A stretch of DNA of 64,000 bases, taken from positions 52,328,001 to 52,392,000 of the forward strand of contig NC_043001.1 in the NCBI RefSeq assembly GCF_006345805.1, given 5' to 3'. The DNA comes from Octopus sinensis (lineage: Eukaryota). The translations under genes were made by a program, and so were the position numbers. Below, in pieces: positions 38,491 to 49,861 of this stretch. The first letter of the stretch is position 1; each line of letters opens with the position of its first letter. Under the pieces are notes generated by a model. The model saw only the letters and a program-made list of their open reading frames with translations, was not told the origin of the DNA and made no database searches.

Positions 38491-39754
38491 TCTATATAGA
38501 GAATAGCAACAGGAACACAAGCTACCCTGTTGTGAGATGAAACTAACTGTGAATGATCTCAAAATGCATGTTTTCAAACATTACACAAAACTTTAGTAAC
38601 AGAAGATGGCTATATGAACGAGCCATCATAGCTCCACGTAATGATGCTGTCAGCAAAGCCAATTGGGTCTCTTGCACCTGTTGACACTATCATTGATTAG
38701 GAGCAAGCTGTAGTGTTTGCAACTGAGTTCCTGAACTCTCTACAGCCATATGGGATGCCAACACACAACACTTTAAAAGGCTGCCCCAAAACTTCTGCTT
38801 CGAATTCTGGATCCACCTTGCCTGTGCAATGGCACCAGACTGGTGATTATAGCAATGCAACCGCGTGTCCTAGAAGCAACAATTATCACTGGCAAATATA
38901 ATAGTGAGGATGTCTTCATTCCACGGATTCCGTTAATCCCATCTGTTTCGTTTTTTTATTTGGTTTGCAACATTCTTTATGTGAGTTCGTGTGTTGAAAC
39001 ATATTCTGTTTTGTCTGAGAAGAGTCATTCTATTTTAGTGCCTTATAATTTAACACACTCACAGCAACAGGCGCAACGACATCACGGGCCCACAGAAGTA
39101 CATAGTAGGATGCACTGGGAGTACTGTCAAACAGCATATTTTCAATCATCTGTCCTCTTTCAGAGTCGCGGAAAGGAGATACGCCAGTTTTTTTTATATA
39201 TCAATCTCTATTTCTTTTATTTATCATAGATATGTGCTGGTGTGTCTGGGGAGAGTCATTCTCTTTTAGTGCCTTATAATTTAACCCAGTACCGGTAAAG
39301 TTTCAACTCTTTTACTTAATTATCTTACTAAAATTTTCGTTGCCTCTTGCAACCTTTTCAACCACTTACATGGATACATACAAACATGTGTGTACGCACG
39401 CATACTGACCCACACACATGTGCACAAACAAAAAGAACGCAGCTCGGATAACGGAATGAGTCAACGACTATTGAAAAGGTTGCAAGACGCAAAGAAAATG
39501 TTTGAAAAATATATAAATAAATGAGTGGAAACTTTATCGGTGAGTGTGTTAAATTATAATGTCATGAATGGTGAGTAATAGGAGGGTTAAGGGAGATAGT
39601 CGGGAGAGGGGAAGTTGGAATGATATGGGAGAGGTTTCTCAAATCCTTTCCCATTTACTCGGTGGTATAATTGAGAAGGGTACAGGGAATGGTATAGGAG
39701 GGGGCTGCAGACCTCGCTTGGTGAGGGCAGGCGTGCTCCCCCTTTGCCGGCTAG
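38491..39754 (+). mobile_element. Non-autonomous Helitron carrying a Pif1 helicase fragment
   Basis: A|TCTATATA 5' end and CTAG|T 3' end, preceded by hairpin CCTCGC-TTG-GTGAGG. The internal fragment 38530-38945 encodes WLYERAIIAPRN, FATEFLNSLQPYGMP, LDPPCLCNGTRLVI and VLEATIITGK..EDVFIPRIPLIPS. Confidence 0.8.
39255..39560. repeat. Inverted repeat (arms ~90-105 bp, spacer ~105 bp) nested in the Helitron
   Basis: CCTTATAATTTAACCCAGTACCGGTAAAGTTTC...TTTCGTTGCCTCTTGCAACCTTTTCA is the reverse complement of TGAAAAGGTTGCAAGACGCAAAGAAAA...GAAACTTTATCGGTGAGTGTGTTAAATTATAA. A partial direct copy lies at about 38950-39060. Confidence 0.8.
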
Positions 39755-39762
39755 TATGTAAT

Positions 39763-40090
39763 GTTATCAGCATACAATGTTTTTTAATCTCTATCCAAGT
39801 ATAGTTACTCACATCTGATCTAAAATAGAAATATCCAGTGTTAACAAGTCGAGTTGCTTCAAGAATATTAAAAATAGGCAATATAAGTTATCAGCATACA
39901 ATATTTTTTAGTCGATATCCAAGAATAAATACTCATATCGGATTTAAATGTGAAATATCAAGTGTTAACAAGGCAAGTTGTTTCAAAAATATCCAAAATA
40001 TGTATTGGAAGTTTATCAAGATATAACATTTTCTAATTCCTATCCAAATAGAAATAGCCACATCCGAATTAAATATGAAATATCGAGTGT
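39763..40090. repeat. 124-bp tandem repeat, about 2.6 units
   Basis: Unit starts GTT(T)ATCA(G/A).. at 39763, 39887 and 40011. The internal motif AAATATC.AGTGT is present in every unit. Confidence 0.85.
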
Positions 40091-40401
40091 ACTCTAGCTA
40101 ATTTTATTAGGCCCATTCCACGAATAATTGTTTGAGTAACTCATGCTGATATCTCTAACTTACGGCACAGGAATATTAAACTTTAAAATGTATTAAGCTT
40201 GTCGTAAGAATTGAAAGATATCCTACAGTGTATATTGCTTAAAGGACCGAATGAATGAATGACTTATATCAATGTAATACGAGTTTCCTCTGGGCGTGTG
40301 TCCATATGAAGATCTTTCGTTATTTAGAAACATTACTGTTTCTTTTTCTTCTAAAATTGACATATATTGTGTGTAACATTGTATTTAAGTTTTAGATTAT
40401 A

Positions 40402-41468
40402 CTAGTTCCGGTTCTTAACGGAGAACCCCTACATCGGCCCTGCTGTAAACAAATTTATGGTTCAGAGTTACAGTTAGGGTTAGTATTTAGCGAGTATGGT
40501 GCTATTGTAAATATTTACTAAATTTTTATCCAGTCACAACTATGTTTATCAGCAAACCTTTGTGTGAAAGTGTTGGTATGAACGCGCGCGCGACATGACT
40601 GTACACAGAAATTTTGTTTAGAAAAGTACTTTTACATACGTTGCTTTCAATTCATTGGATTAATCCCAACGTTTTTGGTTACAAATTATTCTCTCTTCTA
40701 ATTAAATATTGAAAAAGAGAGAAAATGTCATCCTCTCTTTTGCAAGAGAAATTCATCTTAGCAGTAATGACTAAGCCCCTTGTTTCATTATTACAATTAA
40801 AAAGCGTTAGATAGTGACGTAGACGTGTGACAGAGAATTATTTAATATCTTATTCGCTTCTATGAGAATCGTTTACCTTTAAAGTGTAAAAACAAAACCG
40901 ACGTATACCACTGGTTTGTAAAACATATTTCTGTTTAGTGTCTCTGTAAATTCGCATAAGCTGTAGAAATTGTTGCGCGCGCACATACACAATTTCCATA
41001 CATTTCGTTGTTATTCTTAGCAGTTCAGAAATTTAGCTGTTATATTTAGCAGTTCATTTTCAGTTTTAGACAACGGGATGCGGTGACGTGGGTGTGTGGA
41101 CCAATTTTAGAGTTCTTCATAGAAAATTTGGAATAAAAGGTTTTTTTTTTTTTCCATACTCTTAATCTCTGTATTTTCCCGCGTGGATTGAAAAGAAACT
41201 TGAAAAATTATAAATTAAAAAATTGGTGGAAGTGATGATTCAAAGTGTTGAAAATATGTTTTTATTTGCATATTGGGAATATTCGTCATTGAAAACATAG
41301 GGTTGTAGGGTGGGGGGTTACATACTCCTATATGGGTAAGGGCTAAAATTTGAAACGCCCCCAGAACATTACCCGAATAATGAAAAACCTTCATGCCAAA
41401 TTTAGTACACATTGATGCAGCGGTTTGGCCGTGCATAGAGGAGACACGGTGAATTTTATATATATAGA
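40402..41468 (-). mobile_element. Complete non-autonomous Helitron-like element
   Basis: On the minus strand, A|TCTATATATATAAAA 5' end at 41468 and CTAG|T 3' end at 40402, preceded by hairpin GGTTCT-CCGTTA-AGAACC. Subterminal CCAAACCGCTGCATCAATGTGTACTAAATTTGG. Segment 40670-40757 has an inverted relative at 38335-38420. Confidence 0.72.
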
Positions 41469-41544
41469 TATATATTCTTTCACGCGTACACTCACAGGCA
41501 GACTCGCACAGACATTCACACATACACAGGCACACAGACACATA

Positions 41545-41604
41545 TCTATCTATCTATCCATCCATCCATCCATCCATCCATCTATCTATCTATTTATCTG
41601 TCTG

Positions 41605-41679
<75 letters not shown>

Positions 41680-41680
41680 G
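41545..41680. repeat. (TCCA)n/(TCTA)n microsatellite
   Basis: Read directly from the sequence. Confidence 0.95.
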
Positions 41681-41755
41681 TATATATACAGGAAAAGAGA
41701 AAAGAAGTCACTCCTGTATGCATAAAAGCATTCTGAGGGTGTTTAACGATATTTA

Positions 41756-42173
41756 GTCGCAGGAGTGGATGCGTGGTAAGGAGCTTGTTTTCCAAACACC
41801 TGGTTCCGAGTTCAATCCTAGTGCGCGACAACTTGGGAAAGTGTCTTCCACCATAGCCCCGTGCCGACCAAAACCTTGTAAGTTAATTTGGTAGACGGAA
41901 ACTGAAGATTGTCGTATATAAATAAATAAATAAATAAATACATGTGCGTGTGTGTGTGATTGTGTGTTAGTGTTTCCCCCCCCCACCACCACCACTTGGT
42001 AGCCGGTGTTTAGGATGTTTACTTCCCCGTAAACTAGCGGGTCGACCAAAAGACCGATGGAATAAGTATCAGGTGTAAAGAAGACAATTTTATACTTGCA
42101 TCGATTTATTCGACTAAAAATTCTGCAAGGCGGTGCCCCAGCAAGACCGCAATCTAATGACTGAAACAAGTAA
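41756..42173 (+). mobile_element. OK/OR-type CORE SINE, decayed
   Basis: GCAGGAGTGGATGCGTGGTAAG...CTTGGGAAAGTGTCTTCCACCATAGCC...GGCGGTGCCCCAGCAAGACCGCAATCTAATGACTGAAACAAGTAA. Confidence 0.85.
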
Positions 42174-42500
42174 GCCATACCAAATAAAAATATGATGATA
42201 AAATATCTGATACACAACTCAAAGCAAAATGATCATTAGTATTATTCTACATCAGAACAGAAGATAATTACCTATAAGTTCTCTGCGAATTTCCACTCAT
42301 TTTAAAAGCGAAATCAAAGACTGGTTTCTTTTATATTGCTCACAAGGTGTGTCGTCAAATGTCTTGATAACAAGACAGCTAAGATGTTTGGTAAAGGAGT
42401 GAACAGAGATACACTAATTTGTACCTATTCATTTCTTAGGTTTAACAAATTGGTGTTGTTAACATTGCAACATAACTACAAAGGCAAAACTCTCAATATA

Positions 42501-42705
42501 TTGATTTCAATTTCTGGCACAAGCCAGCAATTTTGAGAAAGGTGGTAAATTGATTACACCGACCCAAGTGCACTCATAATATCGACGCCAAAACGATCCA
42601 AGGCAAATATACCTCAGTGGAATTTGAACTCAAAACGTATAGACGGAAATATACCGCTATGTATTTCGCTCGGCATGCTAACGATTCTGTCAACTCGCTG
42701 TCTTA
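42501..42705 (-). mobile_element. tRNA-derived SINE, second family (Meta-domain-like)
   Basis: Reverse complement of the head (GCATGCTAACGATTCTGTCAACTCGCTG) and B box (GGAATTTGAACTC). Confidence 0.8.
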
Positions 42706-42732
42706 ATACTCGCAATATATAAAGATATAATA

Positions 42733-43498
42733 CAAGGAGATACCCAAAAGTAAAGGGAAATGTTGTGGTTCAGGCTTCCGCTGTTAGAAAGCACTTGATG
42801 CCCCCCTCAGGCATCAGTATGCCGACCGACATTATCGAGTCAAGTTTTTACTGCTATACGGTGTGTCTTCGTTTTGCAGTACTTCTGCCTTGGTTGTCGA
42901 CTTTTGCGATGGCTGAAACGAAGGAACAGCATGCTTCCGTGAAATCCTGTTATATGCTGGAGAAAACCGGCGGCCAAAACAATTGTCATGATACAGACAG
43001 CTTACAAGGACGCTGTGCCATGAATATAATACAAGTTTGCGAGTGGTTTTCACTCTTTAGGAATGGTCACTTGTTGCTTGAAGACCAACCTCGTTCGGGG
43101 CGTCCGTCGACCTCCTGAGCAAATGAAAACATTAAAAGTCATGCACTGATCTTGGAGGACCGTCAACGAACAACTGACGGAGTTGTTGATATGTCTGTGT
43201 GTCCTGGAGATCTTGCCACCGAATTTTGAGCGAGGAAATGAAGTGTTGCCACCAAATTTGTGGCAAAAGCAGTTACGACCGAATGCTTGTCCTGAACTGA
43301 AAGAACAGTTGGACGTTTATCCGGAGGAAGAGGTGAAAAGAAACAACGGAGGCGTTAAGAGGTATCACTTCACAAGAGTTCCATCACAGCTTCGAATAGT
43401 GAAGAACGTATCCGGACCGATGCATTGTTTCAAATGGAGAATATTTTGAAGGCGATGAAAGTGTAAAATAATATCGCTTTCTTTTGGGGAACCCTTGG
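42733..43498 (+). mobile_element. Internally deleted mariner element with both TIRs and TA duplications
   Basis: TA|CAAGGAGATACCCAAAAG...CTTTTGGGGAACCCTTGG|TA. It encodes a decayed N-terminal HTH (MAETKEQHASVK...WFSLFRNGHLLLEDQPRSGRPST) and C-terminus (EEVK...RCIVSNGEYFEGD). The DDD core is absent. Confidence 0.88.
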
Positions 43499-44720
43499 TA
43501 TACACACTCCTCGGTCAGTGACTTGGTCTGTAATTCTATTTCTTCTCTCTGAATGGGTTGGGAAACCATATTGATGTGTATGTGGTTGTGAACTTTTGTC
43601 TGTGTGTTTTACTTTTATGTAAATATAGCATGTGTGTGTGTATGTGTGTCAATTCTGTGTTTGTATTTGCGTGTATGCGTGTATACGCGTACGTGTGGGT
43701 TTGGTTGAGTGGGTGGGTGGATAAATGACATTTTTGAAAGAAGCGGAATAAAAGATATTTTAAGGTTAGAGCAAAAGAAAAAAAATGTAATTGGCTGTTT
43801 GAAATTGTACGGAAGATGAAGTGGTACTTGAAGATGATATTGTTTGGTGACACAGAAAGAGAACTTGAGAAAAAGTTAGGAAGAAACGCATGATACAAAG
43901 ATAGGATATAGAATTTATATATTTGTAGCTGAGAAAATTAATTAGATGTTGCGTGCTGAAATCTGGTTCGGGAAATAAAGTTAAATATGCTCATCTAACT
44001 ATACGTAAAATCTCCATAGGAAAGGATAATTAACGTTTCTAAAGGGATTTCAGCATGCAAAAACTAATATTCCCAGATACAATGACAAAATTTCTGTATT
44101 CTGTCTCTCTCTCCGTTCTTTACTTCGTTCTTACAAACATATTTCTTCTTTATTTCAGTTTAATACTATTCCCTATTGCATATTTATAATTCCAAACAAG
44201 TAAATTCTGCCAAAGCCTTCTTGGCTAAACTTAAAGTACGCTTAGCTCAATTTACAACAATCGTGTCATCTGTGGACTCACACACACAAATATTGCAAAC
44301 AAAAGCCCAACATAATCACACACATAGACACAGAGGCAAGATTCAAAGGCGATGTATTGTTTTCTTTATGTTCTTAATGATATTTGAAATGAATGTATTA
44401 GTTATAAAACACAAAATTGGAAGAAAAATAGCGTCAACGCCCAGGAACGTTTAACGAATCTCACTACGTATACTCTCAATACACGAAACTACTCTATACA
44501 GCTTCACTAAGTGGTATGTTCTGACATTTTTGTTCTGTCGCTGTAATATAAATGTGGTCTTAGCAGAAATATCAACGGGAAGCAGTGTGACAGACAATTG
44601 ATGAGGCACGTCATCTGCACTCTACCAGAGAAATAAAAAAATTGTGTACTGTAAACAAAATACCCGGATAATATATTCTAGGGAATATTAAAATATTTTA
44701 AGTAGAATAAACCTTCTAAT

Positions 44721-44830
44721 TATATATATGTACATATATATATATATATGTATGTATATATATATATATATTATAATATATATATTATATAATATATATA
44801 TATATATTATATTATATATATATATATAAT

Positions 44831-44890
<60 letters not shown>

Positions 44891-44907
44891 ATATACATAT
44901 ATATATA
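44721..44907. repeat. Long interrupted (TA)n tract
   Basis: Read directly from the sequence. Confidence 0.95.
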
Positions 44908-45215
44908 GGCGCAGGAGTGGCTGTGTGGTAAGTAGTTTGTATACCAACCACATCGTTCCGGGTTCAGTCCCACTGCGTGGCACCTTGGGCAAGTGTCTTT
45001 TACTATAGCCTCGGGCCGACCAAAGCCTTGTGAGTGGATTTGGTAGACGGAAACGGAAAGAAGCCCGTCATATATATAGCGGTTCGGCAAAAGAGACCGA
45101 TAGAATAAGTACTAGGCTTACAAAGAATAAGTCCCGGGGTCGAGTTGCTCGATTAAAGGCGGTGCTCCAGCATGGCCGCAGTCAAATGACTGAAACAAGT
45201 AAAAGAGTAAAAGAG
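44908..45215 (+). mobile_element. Young OK/OR-type CORE SINE lacking the central microsatellite segment
   Basis: Well-preserved head GGCGCAGGAGTGGCTGTGTGGTAAG, CORE CACCTTGGGCAAGTGTCTT and tail GGCCGCAGTCAAATGACTGAAACAAGTAAAAGAG. GAAGCCCGTCATATATATAGCGGTTCGG joins the two halves directly. Confidence 0.92.
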
Positions 45216-45248
45216 TATATACCTATATATATATATATATATATATGT

Positions 45249-45279
<31 letters not shown>

Positions 45280-45468
45280 GGATGGTATTATTGAAAAACC
45301 TTCACGACTGGCAAGCGAATTATCAGCCGTACAGGCAAATTAATAAATATACATACAATATTATATATGTACATACATACACAAGGGTACTACATGTATA
45401 CGCTATATATATACATATATATTACATATATATATATATATATATATACATATATATATGTATGTATA

Positions 45469-45521
<53 letters not shown>

Positions 45522-45926
45522 ATATATTTAAGGGTTAATTGCAACAAGTTGCTCAAAACCACATACCGAAAATATTAGAAATAGCAGCCAAAATTGATCA
45601 CTATTTCCTCTACTAATAAAAAGTCTCCACAAACAAACAGGATTTGTAACCTGTATATGGCAAAAAAAGGAAGAAAATAACGAAATCCCAGTTAGCAGTT
45701 CTACTACAAATTATATATGTCGGTACTTTTACCGTGATATACAGGATGCTCTCTGAAAGACGAATACAAAAGTTTTGCATATATATTTATGTGTGTGTGT
45801 GTGTTTAAGTGTGGATGTACATAAGTGTGGATACACATATATATATGTATATATATATTATATATATGGATATTTTATATATATGTATATATATATATAT
45901 GTATATATATGTATGTATATATATGG

Positions 45927-45966
<40 letters not shown>

Positions 45967-46461
45967 TTTGAGTGGATGTGAATGCATGTGTGTATATTCA
46001 TATGGTTATACAAGCAATTGTATACACATACATACACAAACACGCTCAAATATTTATTTAGATAAAGATGGCAATAACTAGACGGGTTGTTTATCGCAGG
46101 GGATATTTGGGTTCCAATTAAGAATGTTTCCTAATTAGGAGGGTGTGATTGCACCAAATCTTTTATCATTAGTTCCTGTTATGTCTTGTTTTCTTTTTAG
46201 ATGATGGTAGGCTGCGAAATTCCATTGTGAAATAAGATAACATAATTTATTAAATTTATGAGTGATATCAACGATAATATTGCTGTAGCAATGAAGATTT
46301 TAAAGAAATTCTGATATAATATTAATTTTGGCAATCATTAGGCTTAAGATATTATATTAACAAAAAAAACATCAAATACATTAAAAGAAAACTTGCCACA
46401 TAAATGTGTATGTATGCATGTATATATATATATACATACATACATACGCACACAGACACAG

Positions 46462-46495
<34 letters not shown>

Positions 46496-46867
46496 GTATA
46501 CATATACGCTCATATATATATATATGTATAATATATTATGCAGACACACATATCTATATAACATATACGTCAAATATATATATACATATATACATTCAGG
46601 AATATATGTTTTGTGTATATGTCTGTGCCTCTATGAATACACACACGTAGGCATATGCAAGACACGCACACACAAACAAACACACATACGCACACATACC
46701 GAAATATATACATTACATGAAATGATTTTCATTGCTGCTTCTTTATTTGTTTTTTATCTCAAGGAATATAATAAACGCTTCCATAACCTAAATTAATAAC
46801 TGCGTCATTTATTTAAAATTATTACTCGTATTGATATAATTATATTACTTTCTCTTGTTCTTCTTTT

Positions 46868-46998
46868 TCATCATCATCATCATCTCATCATCATCATCAT
46901 GAACGCCATCCTCATCATCATCATCTCATCATCATCATCATGAACGCCATCATCATCATCGTCTTCTTCTTCTTCTTCTTCTTCTTCTTCTTTTTCTT
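46868..46998. repeat. (CAT)n block duplicated as a ~41-bp unit, followed by (TTC)n
   Basis: CATCATCATCATCTCATCATCATCATCATGAACGCCATC x2, then (TCT)n. Confidence 0.9.
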
Positions 46999-47044
46999 CT
47001 GCTCGTCTTCGTATTTAAACACTATTATATATTATTCTTTAATA

Positions 47045-47070
47045 TATGTATATCTATCTATTTATCTGTA

Positions 47071-47103
<33 letters not shown>

Positions 47104-47104
47104 G

Positions 47105-47181
<77 letters not shown>

Positions 47182-47205
47182 ATATATATATATATATATA
47201 TATAC
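47045..47205. repeat. (TCTA)n-(TA)n microsatellite
   Basis: Read directly from the sequence. Confidence 0.95.
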
Positions 47206-47216
47206 ATAGAGAGAGA

Positions 47217-47612
47217 GGCGCAGGAGTGGTTGCGTGGTCAGTAGCTTGCTAACCAACCACATGGTTCCGGGTTCAGTCCCATTGCGTGGCATCTTGGGCA
47301 AGTGTCTTCTGCTATGGCATCGGGCCGACCAATGCCTTGTGAGTGAAATAAGCCTGTCGTATATATGTATATATATGTACATATATGTGCATGTGTTTGT
47401 GTGTGTGTTTGTCCCCCTAGCATTGCTTGACAACCGATGCTGGTGTGTTTACGTCCCCGTCACTTAGCGGTCGGCAAAAGAGCCCGATAGAATACGTACT
47501 GGGCTTACAAAGAATAAGTCCCGGGCTCGATTTGCTCGACTAAAGGCGGTGCTCCAGCATGGCCGCAGTCAAATGACTGAAACAAGTAAAAGAGAGAGTA
47601 AAAGAGTAAAGA
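47217..47612 (+). mobile_element. Full-length OK/OR-type CORE SINE
   Basis: Head, CORE, central TA/TG tract and tail with an (AAAGAG/T)n end are all present. Confidence 0.92.
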
Positions 47613-47616
47613 GTAT

Positions 47617-47688
<72 letters not shown>

Positions 47689-48284
47689 CATACACACACA
47701 CACATATACATATGTGCACATATGCGAAGTTCCTGCACACACACACACGTATATACACACACACAGGCGCGCACACACAGACACACACACACGCGCACAC
47801 ACATATATATACAGATAGGGAAGAAAATTTTCGGGATTTTGTACATGAGAAATCCAATGATACGCTTCTGTGATGTATATTGTCATAAATCACTGAATTA
47901 ATAAATGCGAAGAACAAAAATATTTTGCTCTTATTATATTTTTAAACAACTGGTGACAATTATTCTCGCAATATTTAAAATTAAACGAAAATACTTTCAG
48001 TGACACTGATAGAAAATAAAATTGTTGTTAATAACCATTTTATTCTGAACTTCATATCCAGTCAGTGATTATATGCTTAATCATGAAATTTATTGACGTA
48101 ATAAAATCTTGGTAATGAGTGGCCATTCTTTTTGGAGTGAACGAATGATTACTTTAAATTGATGCAGATTTCGCGCTTCAGTTTCGTATATGCACTGATG
48201 CAATTTTGACCGTTTCTTGTTGTTTAAATGCAATTTTTTGTGAATAAGCTTTGCATGTATTGTAGATGTACATTTTACTTTTAA

Positions 48285-48745
48285 TCTTTTCTTGGTTTCT
48301 GTCATTTTCACTGCAGTCATGCTGGGGCATCCCCTAGAAGAGAATTTTTATTCGAATGAATCGACACCACTACTTATATTTTTAAAGCCTGGTACTTATT
48401 CTATTGGTTAATTTTGCCGGGCTGCTAAATTACGGGGACTAAGCACACCAACACCGGTTTCATGCAGTAGTGGTGGTAGGTGTGGGGGCAAACACAAAAA
48501 GATGACGTCATTTGGAGCCACAAGTGATTTAACTGAGCCAGGATTCATGCAAACTTTCAAGACCCAAGATGAGATTTATCATAGGATTGGCTCTTTACAA
48601 CCCTTGTCAAATGGAACACCAAAATCGGCCTTTCGGTTTTTCTAAACTTTACCTGTGTTTTTGTTATGGAATAAGCTACACAAAACGCTACACTAAATAC
48701 GCTCCCATGTGCATAGGAACCAAGTTTTTTTAACACACAGCCACG
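48285..48745 (-). mobile_element. Old OK/OR-type CORE SINE, decayed
   Basis: GTTTCTGTCATTTTCACTGCAGTCATGCTGGGGCATC...GCCTGGTACTTATTCTATTGG...TTACGGGGACTAAGCACACCAACACCGG and the head remnant ACACACAGCCAC. Confidence 0.7.
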
Positions 48746-48884
48746 TTTATACATTCTTAGTATATATGTTTTGTATATGTTGCGTCTTGCATGCGTTCAA
48801 TGTTTATTTTGGAAGTGAGTTGCTGTGTACGAATACCAATTCAAACCTATGCACGTTCATGCAAATTATTTTTAAATGTGTTGT

Positions 48885-49135
48885 ACGGTCCAGAAGTTAG
48901 AGCGTTGAGATGACAATTCTGACGACAAGTCTGTGTGTTTACTCATGTGTGGAAATGAGTTGTGATGTCACTGGTGCCAAGCTATAACGACCTTTGCTTT
49001 TCCCTTGGACAAAATTGGGGATGCTGGTAGGCATGGACGACTAATGGTGTTCCATAGACAACTTTATCCAGACTCGTGCCTTTGAAGCAAAATTTCTAGG
49101 AGCAGTCGCATGGTCATCCATGTCCGAAGGGGATT
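48885..49135 (+). mobile_element. Decayed tRNA/CORE SINE with a third tail type
   Basis: GAAGTTAGAGCGTTG (head remnant) and GGAAATGAGTTG (as in 52107-52427), then the tail GTCACTGGTGCCAAGC...TTCTAGG...CATGGTCATCCATGTCCGAAGGGG. Confidence 0.5.
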
Positions 49136-49861
49136 TTTACCATAACGTTTTATATATATATATATATATAGATATATATATATGTAGTTTGATCAATAAG
49201 TATCTGGACGGTAGTCTATGAGTGCATATTTACAAGTATATATACGTAATTGAGACATGTACACATACACGCACACGCACACGCGCACGCATTCGCACAC
49301 ACACACACACACACACACATACACACACATACATATAAAATCTTAAGCAATTAAGGTCTATCTTAAATAAAACAAACAGAAGAGAACGAAAATTAGTATC
49401 ATGGGAAATTATTTGTCGAAATCCTAAATCGTTACAGTCCTAAGCTTTCCAACATATTCCCAACGCAGTGAGCAAATATTGCTCTGCGAATAAAGCGTGT
49501 AGACAGAGAAATAAATGCGCTGTAAAGCCATTTCGTAAGTTATGATCTCCTACTATCCTCTTCAGCATAAGCATATCTGCTACTATTTTTAGAAAAAAAA
49601 CCATCAAAGGGAAATTCTCTTATTATGGGTGACCTGAGTAATGCCTTGTTTGTTCTTCGTATCCTTGCCAACCCAGTCAATCATTCTTTGCATATGACAT
49701 ATGACCCAATCTGCATAGTATCGATTAGAGTGTTTGGAGGAGAGAAGGCATAGATTTATCATTATGCACGCTTTTTTATAACAACAATACCATTATCTGC
49801 TGCTGAGCGCTCACTCATTTTACGGAAGGTTACATTATACACACGCGCACACACACACTAG

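Noticed and set aside
38098-40090. Short direct repeats considered as a CRISPR-like array
   Set aside because: The units are adjacent tandem copies with no unique spacers, in a eukaryotic context with no cas genes.
48955-49135. Initially read as an RTE 5' UTR with an HDV-like ribozyme on the minus strand
   Set aside because: It is better explained as the 3' tail of a plus-strand CORE SINE, and an HDV double-pseudoknot could not be fitted.
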